A stretch of 64,000 nucleotides of DNA from Auanema rhodensis (GCA_964057225.1 OZ059894.1:17484001-17548000); one strand, 5' to 3'. Shown: positions 14,124 through 28,208, counted from the first letter of the stretch. The notes: a model not told the origin generated them from the letters alone. Made by a program: numbers and translations.

Positions 14124-16045
14124 GCATAGCCTTATCTACCGTATACGAAAAATCGGATGTTTGCCAAAAACATTTTGGACAAGATGAAAGAAAAAAAATA
14201 AACTCAGGGCCGAAAATGAAATAGTTATGATTAACCTTTTTTTACGAATGTAGACTGATATATAAATTTGAAATAAATAATTATACTTGCCTACAATAAT
14301 TGATTGAATCTGATATTACGATGCACTACACTAGATTTGAATACAAACTGTTTCTTTAGAATTGTTTATGATGTTTTCTTTTCTGAATAGAGTGCACACT
14401 TATGTACATGACTATTCGAACAACTAATCGATAAAAGATAGGCTTTTAACATTTATCATAAATTTCTGGGAAGAGATTCTTTCTCAAGTTAACAAATAGG
14501 GTTATTCACATAACATTGTCCTTCATTCAATGTTGATTCGTAGGTGAATCCACAGAAAGAAATACACGTTATATTTCTGGTTTATTCTTTATCATTCTTT
14601 AGTTATGCGCAAAAAATTGGTATCATCATGTTGAAAGTGAATAAATATAAATGGAAGCTCGTATAATATTATAAGAATACAACCGTTCACACCATCTGAT
14701 GAATTTGAAATGCACATAATGCCACGTTAAACAAATCTTTTACGTGAGATGTTTGTTTTGATATTCTAAATACCTTCTACTTCACCAAAGTTCTTGGATG
14801 AACATCAATGTAAATATTGTACCTTTTGAATTTCAAAATATTCTCTGTATTCATTTTTTCATCTCGAAATTAACGGGAAAGTGGTTAGATCGACGGTTAA
14901 ATCGTGGATGGATATGTAGAGCTTCAAGACGGTTGTCCATTGTGTTTGCCCTGCACTCAGATAGAGTTCTCAGTCCAGATGGAGTTCTTCTGTCTCGTAT
15001 GTTTGGACAGTTTCAGAATATCTCATGAAAATATTTTCATTATGTTTTCAATGTATGTATGAAACAGTTCTGGCTGCTTGTTCGTGCTTCCATATGACTT
15101 TCGTTTTAAAGAAATTTTGTTAATTAATTAATTATTTTAACTTCATTTATCTACTGTTATCAAACATATTGAGTATATCCTTATGTATGAGTTTATTATT
15201 TTTTTAAATTTCCTTATTACAACGTGTTCTTGATGAAACTTCATTTCCCTTTGTCCCTGCAAACTGAAAACATTTGTGCTCCAGAAGCAGAAATGACTAT
15301 TTTTTACACCAAAATCTTTTGTGCAGCTCAGTTATTTCAGTGATCCTCAACTGAAAGCAATATAATCCTATCTACTTATACTATACATCACATAAAACTG
15401 TGACAATGCTCACAAATGCTGTCAGATTCTAACAGGTTGTTCAACCATTATTATAAATACCTCTTCTTCATTTTAACTGATGTAAGCATTTTTATAAGAA
15501 AACTTATAAAGAAAACAGGAAGAGAAAAACATGCTTCAGGACTAGTTCACTACGATCCAAGCAACTGCTGATCGAAGGTGCCAATTGCTCAGTGCACCTG
15601 AGCTACACATCTATTATATTATTTCACAAGTTAAAAAACATACCTCTCCATCATTTTTTATACTTTTTAAAAAAAATTAATATACATTCATAATGAATAA
15701 GTTTTGAGTTGTGAATAACGATGTATCTTATATCCAATATACTGATAATTCTATTATGTTAATATCATCTGAATCTGTTTTTGAAAGTTAACCTATATGC
15801 AATCCATCTTCATAAATAAAGAAGACAATTATTCTTAAAGACCCTTTACTCAATCCTCAGCTGGTCAGTTCAGGTTTTCTGTTCTGTTCTGCTGTAATGG
15901 TTCAATGGCTACATCTGACTCGTACGCTTATTTTCTGCAAAGAGCAACTGATGAAACTGCTGACCACTCACATCAGTCTGATTTAATTCAAATGATGCAA
16001 GAATCATTTCTTTCTTTTTCTTTCCTCTTTGCTCGTCTGTGAATT

Positions 16046-16046
<1 letters not shown>

Positions 16047-16088
<42 letters not shown>
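16047..16088. repeat. (CT)n/(GA)n microsatellite
   Basis: About 21 perfect CT units; explains the spurious REREREE ORF. Confidence 0.95.
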
Positions 16089-16090
<2 letters not shown>

Positions 16091-16494
16091 CGTAAAACAT
16101 TTTCAGATGTATCTCTGAATATCATTATTCAAATAGTCGGAATCATCTTTCAACATTTCAGTTAACATCATGGGTTATTCATCTAAATTACTATCAAATA
16201 AATTATACGACATGACTTATCCACAAACTTCAGCTTTTTACTTTATGTCATTACGATTCTTTTCATTTCCCTCAAGTTTAGCTATTGAGCCTGAGCTTGA
16301 AAGTTTGTTCAAAATTATAAAAAAACTTCATCGTTCTTATCCGATTCACGCCATTATCCAACTGACACTATTTACTTTTCGTTCACAAATCGCGTGAAAT
16401 ACGTGAACTTCTTGCTGTTCTGTTAATTCTGCTTAGCTTGAGCATTTTAAAATATGTTTCTTCATTTATTTCATATTCAGACAAACTATTCAAT

Positions 16495-18535
16495 ATGATT
16501 GGAACACCTACATTAAGACGGCCTTTAGAAAGGAAAAGCAGTTTCATTGATGAGCCAGTATTTGATCGAGGTTAAACATCTTTTATTTAATAATATATAA
16601 AACTAATATACTAATATATGGCTAAGTTCAAACATATTTTTATATTTAGGGCGTAGATCAAGCATAGAACAACTATCAAAGGCTTCTCCCTTTGGTCAAA
16701 TGCTTGAAAATGTAATGAGTTTAATAAATTATTATTTTTATCTTATAGTATTTAAAGGTGAAGAAACTTGCAAATTCGAAAGGTTTATGGGATGATGAGA
16801 TGCAACGTGACTTGCCAAAGAAATGGGAAAAGCACGGAGATATGATTGTTTTCCCTCAAAACTCCTTTACACACGTTAATTGGCGATATATTGGTATTTG
16901 CTAATAGTTTACTCTATTACCTTGCTATCTAGGCAGAGAATTATGGAAAGTGGTTGCTGATTCGTTGAAAATCAATAGACTTGGACGGAAACGTCTAATT
17001 GCTAATGATTCTGATAGAACTCCTCATGTTGACATCTTACATGGAGATCATGGTTGGGTAGAATACATTGATGAAAGAGGAATCAAGTAAGTATTTTAGT
17101 TTTTGACATATGTTAAGTGTATTGATATTGTAATGACTCATATGTGAGTATGTTTATCATTTTTATTCCAAGTAGCTCAATATCCAGTTGTTTTTTTTAT
17201 ATAAAATACTTATTGTATTTTTAATTGTAGATATAACTATGATGCTTCAAAAAGAGTTTTCAACAATTCAAAAAATCGTGAGATGCAACGGATTGCAGCA
17301 TGGGATTGTCATGGGGATATTATAGTAGATATGTATGCAGGTAATTTCTATTAATTATAATACACAAATTAGCAAAATATTTAAAACTTTAAAGGTCTTG
17401 GATATTACACGTTTCCATTCTTGCTTTCTTGTCATGCAAAAAAAGTTTATGCTGTGGATTGGGATGAGGATATGGTTGAATCATTGCTTAGATCGGCAAC
17501 AGCAAATGATGTTATGGACCGCATTGAAATTATTCAAGGAGATGCTCGAAGAGTTTGCTTCTATTGTCAATTAATGAATATTATTTTCCGTTTTCAGTCA
17601 ACTCCTCAAGGTATAGCTGATCGAGTTTATTTGGGATTACTACCGTCATGCAGAGCTCATTGGCTAACAGCTTGTAAAGCTTTGAAAGTAAGAAAGATAT
17701 TTAAGCATAATGTATGATATTCATGACAATTAAGGCGGAAGGAGGTATTCTTCATATCAATGATATAATACAAATTGGAAAGAAAAAGATTGCAAGAAGA
17801 GAAATTACAAAGAAGTTTGTGTTTCATTTTTCATTTGAATTAATTTTCCCTTCAATTAAAGACCATTAGCAAAACTTCCTTCAGTTGGTGAAGAAAGTTC
17901 GTCAAAAGAAAAAGAAAATGAACCAGAATCATCAAAGATAGTTATACCTGAAGGTATCAAGTTGAATATTTGTTTAATAATTCATTTTTTTCAGAATCGG
18001 AAAAGATAGAACCAAGTCAAGAAGAAACTTCAGAAGAAGGACAGACATTGCAAAGAAAATTCTCTCGATCAGCTTCAATAGTTGAGGAAATGGAAAACCG
18101 ATCATTCCCAGAACCCACAGTAAATATTTTCATAATTCTTTAAATATGTGATCGTGTAATTTTTAGATTTTGAGAGAATTCGAAGAAGGTAGTTGGAAAA
18201 AACTTGACGCCTGCTATAAGGAATATGCTATGGATTGTGCCATAAAGTGAGTAAATTGTTTTCGAGATTAAAACAAAAGAAAATCTTTATTTGCAGTTGT
18301 ACACGCTTTTTGAACAATATAAATTTATGTGATATGATGTATAAAGTTGCTATTTTGAATATAACCAGGTACAATTTATTTCTTTTTTTAATGTTTTTAA
18401 AGTTTGAAATGTTTTAGATATGGTAGTTCAAACACAAAATCTGATCATATTGTACTTGATTTATTATGTTGTCGTGAAGGAGATTCTATAGAAAAATTAG
18501 CTGCAAGAATATTAAATACAAATTTATCTTCATAA
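16495..18535 (+). CDS. TYW2/TRMT12-like SAM-dependent transferase (diverged)
   Basis: LPKKWEKHGDMIVF, RTPHVDILHGDHGWV, VDMYAGLGYYTFPFL, GIADRVYLGLLPS and DHIVLDLLCCR match the TYW2/Met-10+ family; long charged insertion after GGILHIN. Confidence 0.85.
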
Positions 18536-18693
18536 ATTAATTTATTTGAATTATTATATGATTCTCAGTTATCCTTACACATACATATGCCTCATAATAC
18601 TACTTGTCAGTTAAAAAACCAAATGTATATTTGTGAAATAATATAAATATATTTTCATACATTCATGTGTCAAACTTAATATTTGAAAATCAA

Positions 18694-20345
18694 TTAGTTG
18701 TGAACAGAGCTTGTTTTCCAATCAGGTTTTTTCTTTTTTTCAACGTCTGATGTTATTTGAATGACTGGTAAGCTCTGAAGAAACGGATTCAGAAAAAAGC
18801 GTTTAAGTACACTCTGTATACCTGACGTCGGAAAAATACATCCGTGCGATGCTTTGGTGGCTCACATATATCATCTTTGAAATCAGTAATAGATGATCTA
18901 TCTTCACTTTCTTAATTGAATTTTCATTTCCATCATGCTTACGAGGACTCTGACTGTTAGCTAACCTGGTTCAAGTTCTGTCAGTGTAGGTGCTGGCTCA
19001 AAATTGATTCTGGATAATATTGAAGCTCGATGTCTGAATTATCAGGTTCATATTACAAATGATGTTTGTGGCAGAACCTTCGATCTGCTTTTGGGCTCAG
19101 GGAAGAGCTTTGAGAAAAGGAATTACGTAATTCTCTATTTGCATCGATGAGCTCAGTCGTCATGAAGATATCATCGGGATCCCTCGTTGAAGAAGCATCT
19201 CTAGAACACGAGAAGTACTCAAAGCACGTACTCCAGTTTATCATTCCTTGCTCTCTCTCCCACTCACTCTTGTAAAACGATTCGATTCGATTAGCACCTT
19301 ATTTTGATAATCAATCACCTCAAATATTTTAAGAAACGTATCCTTGATCTTCTATTTTGATATTTGAATATTCTGTTTGAATAGCAATATCCAACAGAAC
19401 ACATTGATAAAACTAGAAAAAACGCTGAAAACAAGAAAATATTTATCTTAAACAACATACATCACTAGAAACCTAAAAAGAATCCATTTAAGAGAAAGAA
19501 TCCGATAAGCATAAGCTGACTGGAAGACGGATAATTCTTATCGTATATGAATGCACTGATCATTACCTCCTTAAATTATTTATTAAAGATTTATTTTAAA
19601 AAATTTTTAACTTCTTTGTTTGTGTAACCACTAAGTTTTTGGCATCCACCTTCTTCTCCACAATTGTCTATACCATCACATAGCTGATAACGATTCAGAC
19701 ATACAGGAGGGCATTCATCTATACGATATCTACTTCTCATTTTTAAAGAAAAATGATCTTACTAGCATCAGAACAAAGAAAGTTATGACATTGAAATGTA
19801 TCTCTTGAACAAGGAATAACTTCTGTGAATATCAAACGAGACCGAAATATCAGATTCATTGGAATTTCCAATGTAAGCGGCGCTGTCATAAGACGATAAC
19901 TCTAGATTAAAAGTCATTGAAAATATTTTAAAATTTGGTTAAATCATACTTTCTTATCCATTCGAACGATGTACGATCGATTTTGTTCATGAATGATTAT
20001 TTCATTTGATTTTGTTGGCTGTCGTTTTGCGAAATGAAGAAAAGTTGCAACCGAAACTATTCAAAAATGGAATTTTTTCTTTCTCTTCTGGAAGCCTACC
20101 AATAAAACTGGACGATCTACTTGATGGGTTTAAAGTTATTAAGCAAGTTCGAGTTGGTGTTAAACGATGAGAGGTTTGAAAATCATTTGTCGAAATTTTC
20201 AACACTGAATTCACAGTGATATTTCTAAAATTTTGAATGAATGATTGAACAAAACTTCACGAATATCTTACCCTTCTAATGGACAAAGAGCTGTTGTATA
20301 TTTTGAAAAACAAATAAGAAAAGTTAATAAAGCAAGAAGAAACAT
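18694..20345 (-). CDS. Single-pass type I membrane protein with LDL-receptor class A-like module (possible degenerate CUB N-terminus)
   Basis: Signal peptide MFLLALLTFLICFSKYTTA; CSRDTFQC..CLNRYQLCDGIDNCGEEGGC; TM segment LMLIGFFLLNGFFL|AFFLVLSMCSVGYCY followed by basic NRRSR; Ser-rich cytoplasmic tail. Confidence 0.7.
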
Positions 20346-20680
20346 AGAATAACTAGAGCAGTGTCAAGGCTTCATATAGTTTCTGAAGTGATGCTCCTGC
20401 TATCGTGGTAATATCTGAAATTTCTGCTTTGAAGTGATCATTTTCAATATAAATCTCATCATCATATTCAATTTCCTATAAGTAGCTTCATGCCTTTTAA
20501 TAATTTTTTATTATTCTCAGAATGAACAAAGAATAAACTATAATAACCAGGGTACATATGTATATAAGTAAGTAAATAAATTTTTTTTTAGTTTTCTGAA
20601 GAAAGAAAACAGTGAAATTGAGTTTATGTTTGTTTATAATCTCAGAAGATCAGTCACTATTCTTATCTAATTAATTTCTA

Positions 20681-23643
20681 TTAAAAAGTCGAAGTTGCAG
20701 CTCCTTGATTATCAAAATATATTTCATCTGGCTGTAAGTTTCTTGGCACACGGGCACGAGGTTTTTCTCTACCACCCAAAGCAACCTGAAAGTTAAAAAT
20801 ATAAAATTTGTAAGGAAACAATGATTGTTGTTCTTTAGGTCATGTGAAATGCTGAAGTATACGAATTAACTATTTAATTCGATTCTATTACTTATTTTAC
20901 ATTTGAAATAATTTCTAATGTATTTTCAAAAACAATTTTTAAAAAAAGTATAAATACCTCTAAATCAATATCAGGATAAATCAAATCAACATGTGCAAAC
21001 TTTTGATTTTCCAATAATTCTTTGGACAAACTACGTGCATTCAAATCAGAATGTTCATACCAATGATGACGAATATCTTAATCGGATAGGTTAGAGAACT
21101 GTCAATTATCATTACGATTGAAATTTTTTTTTTGAAGAACACGTACTTCCGGTTTGATCTTTCACAGAAATTTTGACTTTTGCGAATTCAATATCCGAGT
21201 ATCTAATTAACAGAACTGATCTTGGAATATTACGTAAAATACATTCAGCATCTTCTTTGCTGCAGAAACCATAAATCAATCTAAGAAGAATAATAATTTA
21301 ATTGTAATTGAGAAAATCAAAAGACTAACATACCCATCATACCACATGCTATAAAGATATTTATTTGTAATTTCAGCTAATTTGAAGAACCAATCGAAAA
21401 ATGGAACAAGCTTCCATTCTCCATCAGTGGACGATGCTTTCTTCAACTGGTAATCTTCAGCAACTGACAACTTAAAAAACCTTGCAGTCAATTAATTCAA
21501 TTAAGAAATACCTTCATGAAATTTTCCAAAATTATAAAACCTTGATTATTCGGCTTTAATCTATTGATTAAATGTTGCTTTGTCTACAAAAAACAACAAA
21601 CAATGTAATAATATAAACAAAAAAATTGCAAACCTGCATAGCAAACATTCTAGGCTGTACAACTGCTGGACCATCTGAATTTTTTTGTGGAGTCTCTACT
21701 ATCGCCTAAGAGTATTTTTTTTATTTTCAATTTTTTAATTGTTTTTTGAACTTGAAATTTCATCTCCAAAGCATCAGCCATCTCAGCACAAGATACAACG
21801 TTAGGAATATCAGAAAGCGGATGACGAACCTGAATAAGCAAATAGTATTGAAATAAATAAGAAAGGAAAAATTTATTTGAAAATATTATTGAAATAACAT
21901 ACCAAATCAGCGAAAGATCTTTCTAAAAACAGTCGGGCTTCTACATCAGACTTAGGCCCAACTAAAACAGCAAAGGGTAATGAAACCTTAAGAAATACTG
22001 TGAACCAAATATAAATTTTCAAAGAAATATAACCTTTTTTCCTACTAATTCCATTCCACAGCTAGTACGTAACCGAATACTGTAACACAAGCAATATCTT
22101 CTGGTAGCCACAGAGTCTCGGCGAAGTTGAACTTTCTTAGCCACCCTCTGAACAAGTTATACAGTAAATAATGAAAAGTTTTAATGATCTTACCATATCG
22201 TCAAATTTAGCTCGAAGCCCTCTTGTATCTTTCTTCAAAAACGTCGTTTTTTGAGGTTCAATACAAAATTCTTCAGATTCAAATCTATGAAACGAAAACT
22301 ATTAGATTAGAAATCTTGAGAGACTTCTTACATATCCAAATAAGCATTATTCAAAAGTTGTTTAGCAGTTTCCTCTGTTATTAAATAGCATTGAACTTCT
22401 TGAGATTCTCCTAAAGACTCAATTCCAAAAGCTTGTCCACCCAAAACTCTAAAAAAAACAAAAAGCTCTTATAACATAAGAAATTAAATCATCTCAACAA
22501 TTATTTACCTTATTTCAGTATTGAACCAGAATCTACTTCTTCGATGATTTTCTGCCTCTCCACATTTTACTACCACGGAAGGTGGCTGTCTGCTAACTAT
22601 TATTGAGTAGTAAAGAAAATAATGAGCCATATTACGAAATTTGTTGTAGGCCTTCAATAATACAAAGTAAAAAAGGAAAAGAAGTTAATTCTTCAACAAA
22701 CCTCGTCAATTTGGGGTGAATGAAAATATTGTTTCAAGTAAGTTAAGCCGGATAGCGTTTGCTGAAGCAATTCTCCAAAATATTCAAATCTTAGATAAAC
22801 TTTTAAAATTTACAAGCATTATAAATATCATACTGTAAATGAATAGTATCTAATTGCTTGTAATGAAGTTGTTGTGTCCATAATGTACCTATACTGACCT
22901 GAAAAATTGAATATGTGAATGCAACCGAACACGCGTTCCTTGACTTATACAATGAAATTTAAGTGAATTATATTTTTCACGTGAAAAATGTAGCTATGAG
23001 TATGTTTATCAAATAATTTACATAATTTTTATTTAAAAAAATATTAAATTTCTTATCATATCTGTATAATTCATATTAATCAGTCTGTATTCATTTCTAT
23101 GTCATTGCACCAAAATACCTAATAATGCGATAGTCATCAGAATATTTACGTTTGACGTATTAAAAGCATTAAAGTTCATGACGTTTTAAAAAATAAAATA
23201 AAAATTTAAAAATAAACTCAAAAACCTTTTGTTGTTTCATTGCCCATGATAACAAAACATTGCCCATTAGATGTTGTTTTTCCTCCTCATAAACAGCATA
23301 TAAATTCTCCAAAGTTGTTACAATTTTCTAAACAAATATACATTACAAACATATCTGACGTCAATGAAAGATAAGGTCATATTTGAATGTTCTATTTGAT
23401 TACCTGCATAAATGCTGGTTGATTCATCTGTGGTACGTTACCAGCAAGTAATGCATCAACATCTTCTTTAAATATCTGATCCATATTAGGTAAAGCATAA
23501 TTGCTCGAAACTTAACAAACCTGATATACTTCGGCACTTTGGTTATGGCGGCACACGAAGTTGCCATCGACGGCCGGTTCGGAGGGAGAGAAAGCTGATG
23601 AACTTTCCATATCCACATCCGAAAGGCCGCCAGTTATAGACAT
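20681..23643 (-). CDS. sta-2: STAT-family transcription factor, nematode STA-2 type
   Basis: DNA-binding region (VSRQPPSVVVK, SLPFAVLVG), linker FFDWFFKLAE..WYDGLIYGFCSK, SH2 LLIRYSD, C-terminus YFDNQGAATSTF*; short N-terminus without a canonical N-domain. Confidence 0.88.
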
Positions 23644-24049
23644 TTTTGTTTCTAAAATATTGAACCACCACGTAAATTTACTTAAAGATTGTCACAAACA
23701 CAACAATTATTTCAATAACCACAAGACATTAACAATTCAAATCACAAGTTGAAAATTTGTATTCGGATAGGATGAACAAATCCATACAGTTGAATCTAAT
23801 AAATTTGTCATAAACAAATTATTCTGTCTCAAAATAGGAAAAGGCTACAATCAATAGTAGCAGGTTCCTGGGGGTCACGGGGACAGCGGTGAAGGTAGTG
23901 ATGTGGTGAAAGTCGATGTCACTTTGAGAGAAGACCTAGAACCCGTCTCGACGATGCATCTTATCGCTTCCTTCGCGATGGCAAACCGGACACTTAGTCA
24001 TCAAGACTACATTTGTAAAGTGAAACCATATAACGAAAAACAAAAGTTT

Positions 24050-24091
24050 CGGTCCCGAATGAGTCTCGAACCATCAACCTTTCAGTTAAAC
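24050..24091 (-). pseudogene. tRNA-Asn-like 3'-half remnant (tRNA pseudogene or SINE head)
   Basis: Minus strand GTTTAACTGAAAGGTTGATGGTTCGAGACTCATTCGGGACCG resembles the tRNA-Asn 3' half GTTAACCGAAAGGTTGGTGGTTCGAGCCCACCCGGG and keeps an intact B-box; no normal D-arm. Confidence 0.55.
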
Positions 24092-24710
24092 TCGGAAGTC
24101 AAAGTTAAATCGTTAACTTTAAACCTCTCGAAATAGACTATTGAACTGAAGGACTTAGTCAATCCGTTAATATGAGAAATAACTCATGGTATTAGCCTTC
24201 TCTATTCGAAAGAACACTTATGATAAATTGGATTCCCTGCGTTTGTTCCCATTTTCCTTACAAAAACATACTGATTAAGAAAAAAAGTGCAATGAAACAG
24301 CATAAACAAGCCTCTTCCCACTGGCAAATAATCTGCTATTGGAGACTCGTTAAAAGCAGGCTCCTACAGCAACATTCTCAGTTAAAACCAAATAAGCATG
24401 CAGACAGCATTATTACGCTTCGTCCTACTATTTTTTATTTTACAAGTTATAATTGATTCAATGTTAATTGAATGCAGGTACTCTTTATACTCTTTAGTTA
24501 TATCTAATTCAAATTTCTTCTATATCTAGATCTGTTAAGCCATATGAAGAACCAAGACCCCGTGTCTATCGCAGCGAAGAACTTTCACAATATTTCCCTG
24601 ATTATGATATCTTTATTCCTTAAACATGATGCTTCTTATTCAACATAATGTTGCCATTGATCTGGATATTAAAACCAATAACAAAGCTATTAATGAAATA
24701 ATAATAAACA

Positions 24711-25823
24711 TTATAAAACTTTGCCAGTTTCAATTAATGCTACGGCTTCGGAAAAATTGTCCACGCAATTCCGCTTAGTATGTGGTATTTTTAGCTCATC
24801 ACCTTCAAACAGAAAATGATAATAACGATTCAAAGAAGTACAAATTGCACTTACCGTCTTGATATTTACCAGTTTTCACTAAAATACCCTTCATTCCAGA
24901 ATCAATTGCTCCAAGAATATCATCCGCAACATCATCGCCTTTAAATTTTGGTTAAGAATATTAACTAAGTTAAGCAATTGCCTATCATAACTGTATTTTC
25001 TATGTCAATATCATCGCCCAACGTTTTGATACCCATTTCGAAAAATGTTTTGCTCGGCTTACCTACAACGGTGGCCTAAAAGACTCAATAAAATGAAAAT
25101 GAAATACAAATAAACTAGTAGAACCTGTTTTCCTGAAGAGAACTCAAGTGCTGTAACAAAAGGACCAGGTCCGAGAGCCAAACCATCACTTCTTTTATAG
25201 TACTTAGCCTTATGAATGGCAATTAATTGCGATTTTTCTTAAAAAACTTTTTCGAATAATATTATATATTTTTTTAAAACCTTCTAAAAGAAGCTTGAAA
25301 GCTTCGTTCATACGCTCAAAATTAAATTCCGAAGGTGCTAAGCCTACTACCACACTGTTGGGTTCCGAGCAATCAACACCTGACGAAAATTATTTGATTA
25401 ATGATTAACTTGATCCAGGTTACCTGCAAAATCCTCCAATGCTTCCGGTTCAAGAAAAAGCAATGGCCTCAACTTCCTCTCTGTTACAAGCCTAGGAATC
25501 AAATATCGAGATCTATCAAGAAACAAGATGATATATCTAACCTCTGAGCTGCTAACAAAGAAGTAAAAATTTCATTTTTTTCAATTGAAAACCCACACTT
25601 AGTTAGACGATTATGTAAAACATTTGTAGATTCCTGAAGATCATGCTAAATATTCTAACATCAGCTTTAAAGATTAAACCTTGGTCGTGTTAGTTATAAA
25701 TTTTACAGGAAATATCTTTCTTAATCGCTGAAGTGCTTCAATAGCTCCCACTGTGACTTGATCCTCGATATGTAATGTTCCAGATAAGTCAATAAGAACG
25801 GCAGCCCTACGTGCAACAGCCAT
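24711..25823 (-). CDS. HDHD2: HAD-superfamily class IIA hydrolase, HDHD2 ortholog
   Basis: [51 protein letters not shown] and LVKTGKY motifs. Confidence 0.93.
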
Positions 25824-26096
25824 CTATACCCAATATAATAATGTTAATAAAATGTTGTTATAACGCATAACATGACAAATATGCATAGATATTCTAAAAA
25901 TAGGTCTACTTCTGACATATTTATATACAAAAATACACGCAAAAAAAGATCATAAGTGCTAATATATGTGATCGCCAACAATAAAAAGATATTCAAAACA
26001 TCTTTACACGCAAGTAGTTTTCTATATTATTACGTCAAAAATAGTTCGATGCATAGCTACAAGATGATAATATTTACAGAAACATAAGTTAGTTTG

Positions 26097-28117
26097 TTAG
26101 TACGAGCTGGGAACCATTTGAGACAGGGTTAAACCCTGGGTGGCTAACCACTTATTTCCACGAGAGCAAATTACATCTGCTAATCTATCTCGAATCATAA
26201 TGAAAGCTCGTTTGAATTCTAATCCATCTCCACGAGATCTGAAGGCAAAAAGAATCAGAAGAACGATGTTAAGAACAAACCTTCTAATATCAACCATTAC
26301 TTTACGTATACCTCCTTCTACCATTTCAATGACAGATATTATAAACGAGATTTCGCGATATGTAACCAATATCTGCAACTTCTTATAAGGCAATTAACAA
26401 TTTTGAAAAATACATGACAAGGGGGCTGATCTTTAGCGGCAAAACCGCAATCTTCACAAGCAGCGAAAAGTCGAGTGACTATTTCTATTTTGGATAGTAC
26501 GACACAGAAACGTGTCATACGACGAACCAAGTTTTGAAGAGGATCCTGTAAGCATAGATAATCACGGAAACTTGATGAGCACCTTACCATTACTTGTGAA
26601 GAATCGGAAATTTGACTATTTGTCAACAATAGGTTTTCGATGGATTCAGGTTGAGAGAATGAAATGTTTTGAGCAGATATATCCACAATAGTATTCATTG
26701 TGTTGGTAATATCGAAAACGGGTTGTGATACAGTATCTCTGAAAAGAAAGGTTTCTGTTTAACATATTTGAAATTTTAATCATACTCGAAATCCAACATA
26801 ACTTTTCTTCTCTTAGCAGAAGGTACATTCATGCTTTCTAAAAACAAACTGAAAAAAAAACATAATTCGGTCATAATACCTGGACGTAATGTGCACCACG
26901 GATGATTACGAATTCGTTCAAGATCAGCTCGGCTTTTGGGACTTTCGGTAAGAATTATTCTAAGAAGAGCTAAAGAGAGATTAATACAACACTAGAAAAC
27001 ATACACAAAGCTTTAGTATCCATCTTCTTCCAAGGATTAAGTGTTAAACTTGTGCTACTGATCCAACCTTGATATGGAGCAATATTTCTAAACAAACAAA
27101 GAAAAAATAAAAAAAGAATGTGAAGATTACTTCTTGGGAGCATCCCAAGGTAGTTCGCCAGCTAGTAATGTTACAAGTACAACTCCACATGACCAAACGT
27201 CAGCGGGTGGTCCCCTGTTAATAAATGGTTTGCATGGAAAGCATAATTTTGCTTAGTTACCTGTAAGTCCCATGTAAAACTTCAGGAGCTACATAAGGCA
27301 AAGTACCGCATGAAGCGTTTAGTTTTCTTTCCTTTCCATTATGACGGAAAACAGTTGCCATGCCGAAATCAGAAATTTTTAAAACATCTGAAAAACCAAA
27401 TCGGTAAACCAGAAATTATAAGAATTAACCTCTCTTAGTAAGAAGTAAATTTTCAGGTTTAATATCTCTATGGGCAATTCCATGAGAATGAATGAAAGAT
27501 AATCCTTCCAAAAGCTGTAAGAAGTAGAATTGAGCTCTTTGAACTGGAAGACCAACATCAGGTTCTAAAAAGACCAAATAAAATAAGGAAAATAATAAAT
27601 TGTGAACCAATTTGATCAAAAATCTCTCCTCCATCTGCGTATTCGAGGAATATTTGAAATTGGTACAAACTGTGATCCATTCTAATTCCAATGCATCGAA
27701 TAACGTTATCATGACCTTCTTTTGATAATCTGTTTTGAATAAGAGCCTGAAAACAAAGAGTCTTAACAATTTCTTCTAATATTAAAAACCTCTTTCTTGA
27801 ATTCATTTACTAAATTTCCATGTTTTCCTAAATCCAAGCATTTCATAGCAACAGCAAATGTGGGATTCTTTGAATCTACTACCAATTTCACTTCACCAAA
27901 AGCACCTGAAACATATACAGGTAACACATAAACAAGGTACGAAGGTGAACCTTCTCCCAGAGTTCTGACTATTTGAAAATCCAAGCTGGAACTCAAATAA
28001 GGCTGATAATTTTGAGATTGTGTGGTACTTACTGCCTGAACACAATTATTTGTGCTATACTAGTTAGTGAAAAAGTACCTGAGAAGGGCAATTAGGAGAT
28101 GCAGCTACCTCCATCAT
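26097..28117 (-). CDS. chk-1: Checkpoint kinase 1
   Basis: [56 protein letters not shown] regulatory site, RRMTRF and [16 protein letters not shown]1-like tail. Confidence 0.96.
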
Positions 28118-28200
28118 TTGCTTATTGTAGTTGCAAATATTCTTTAAAGATAAACTTAATAAGATTATTCTCTAAAGAATTGAGAGGTCGAAACTTTCTG

Positions 28201-28208
28201 TTTGCCGC
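28201..28208 (+). promoter_or_regulatory. E2F-type site TTTGCCGC upstream of chk-1
   Basis: Matches TTTSSCGC, ~85 bp upstream of the chk-1 ATG. Confidence 0.45.

Noticed and set aside
15909-16100. ORF with RERERE repeat
   Set aside because: Translation of the (GA)n microsatellite.
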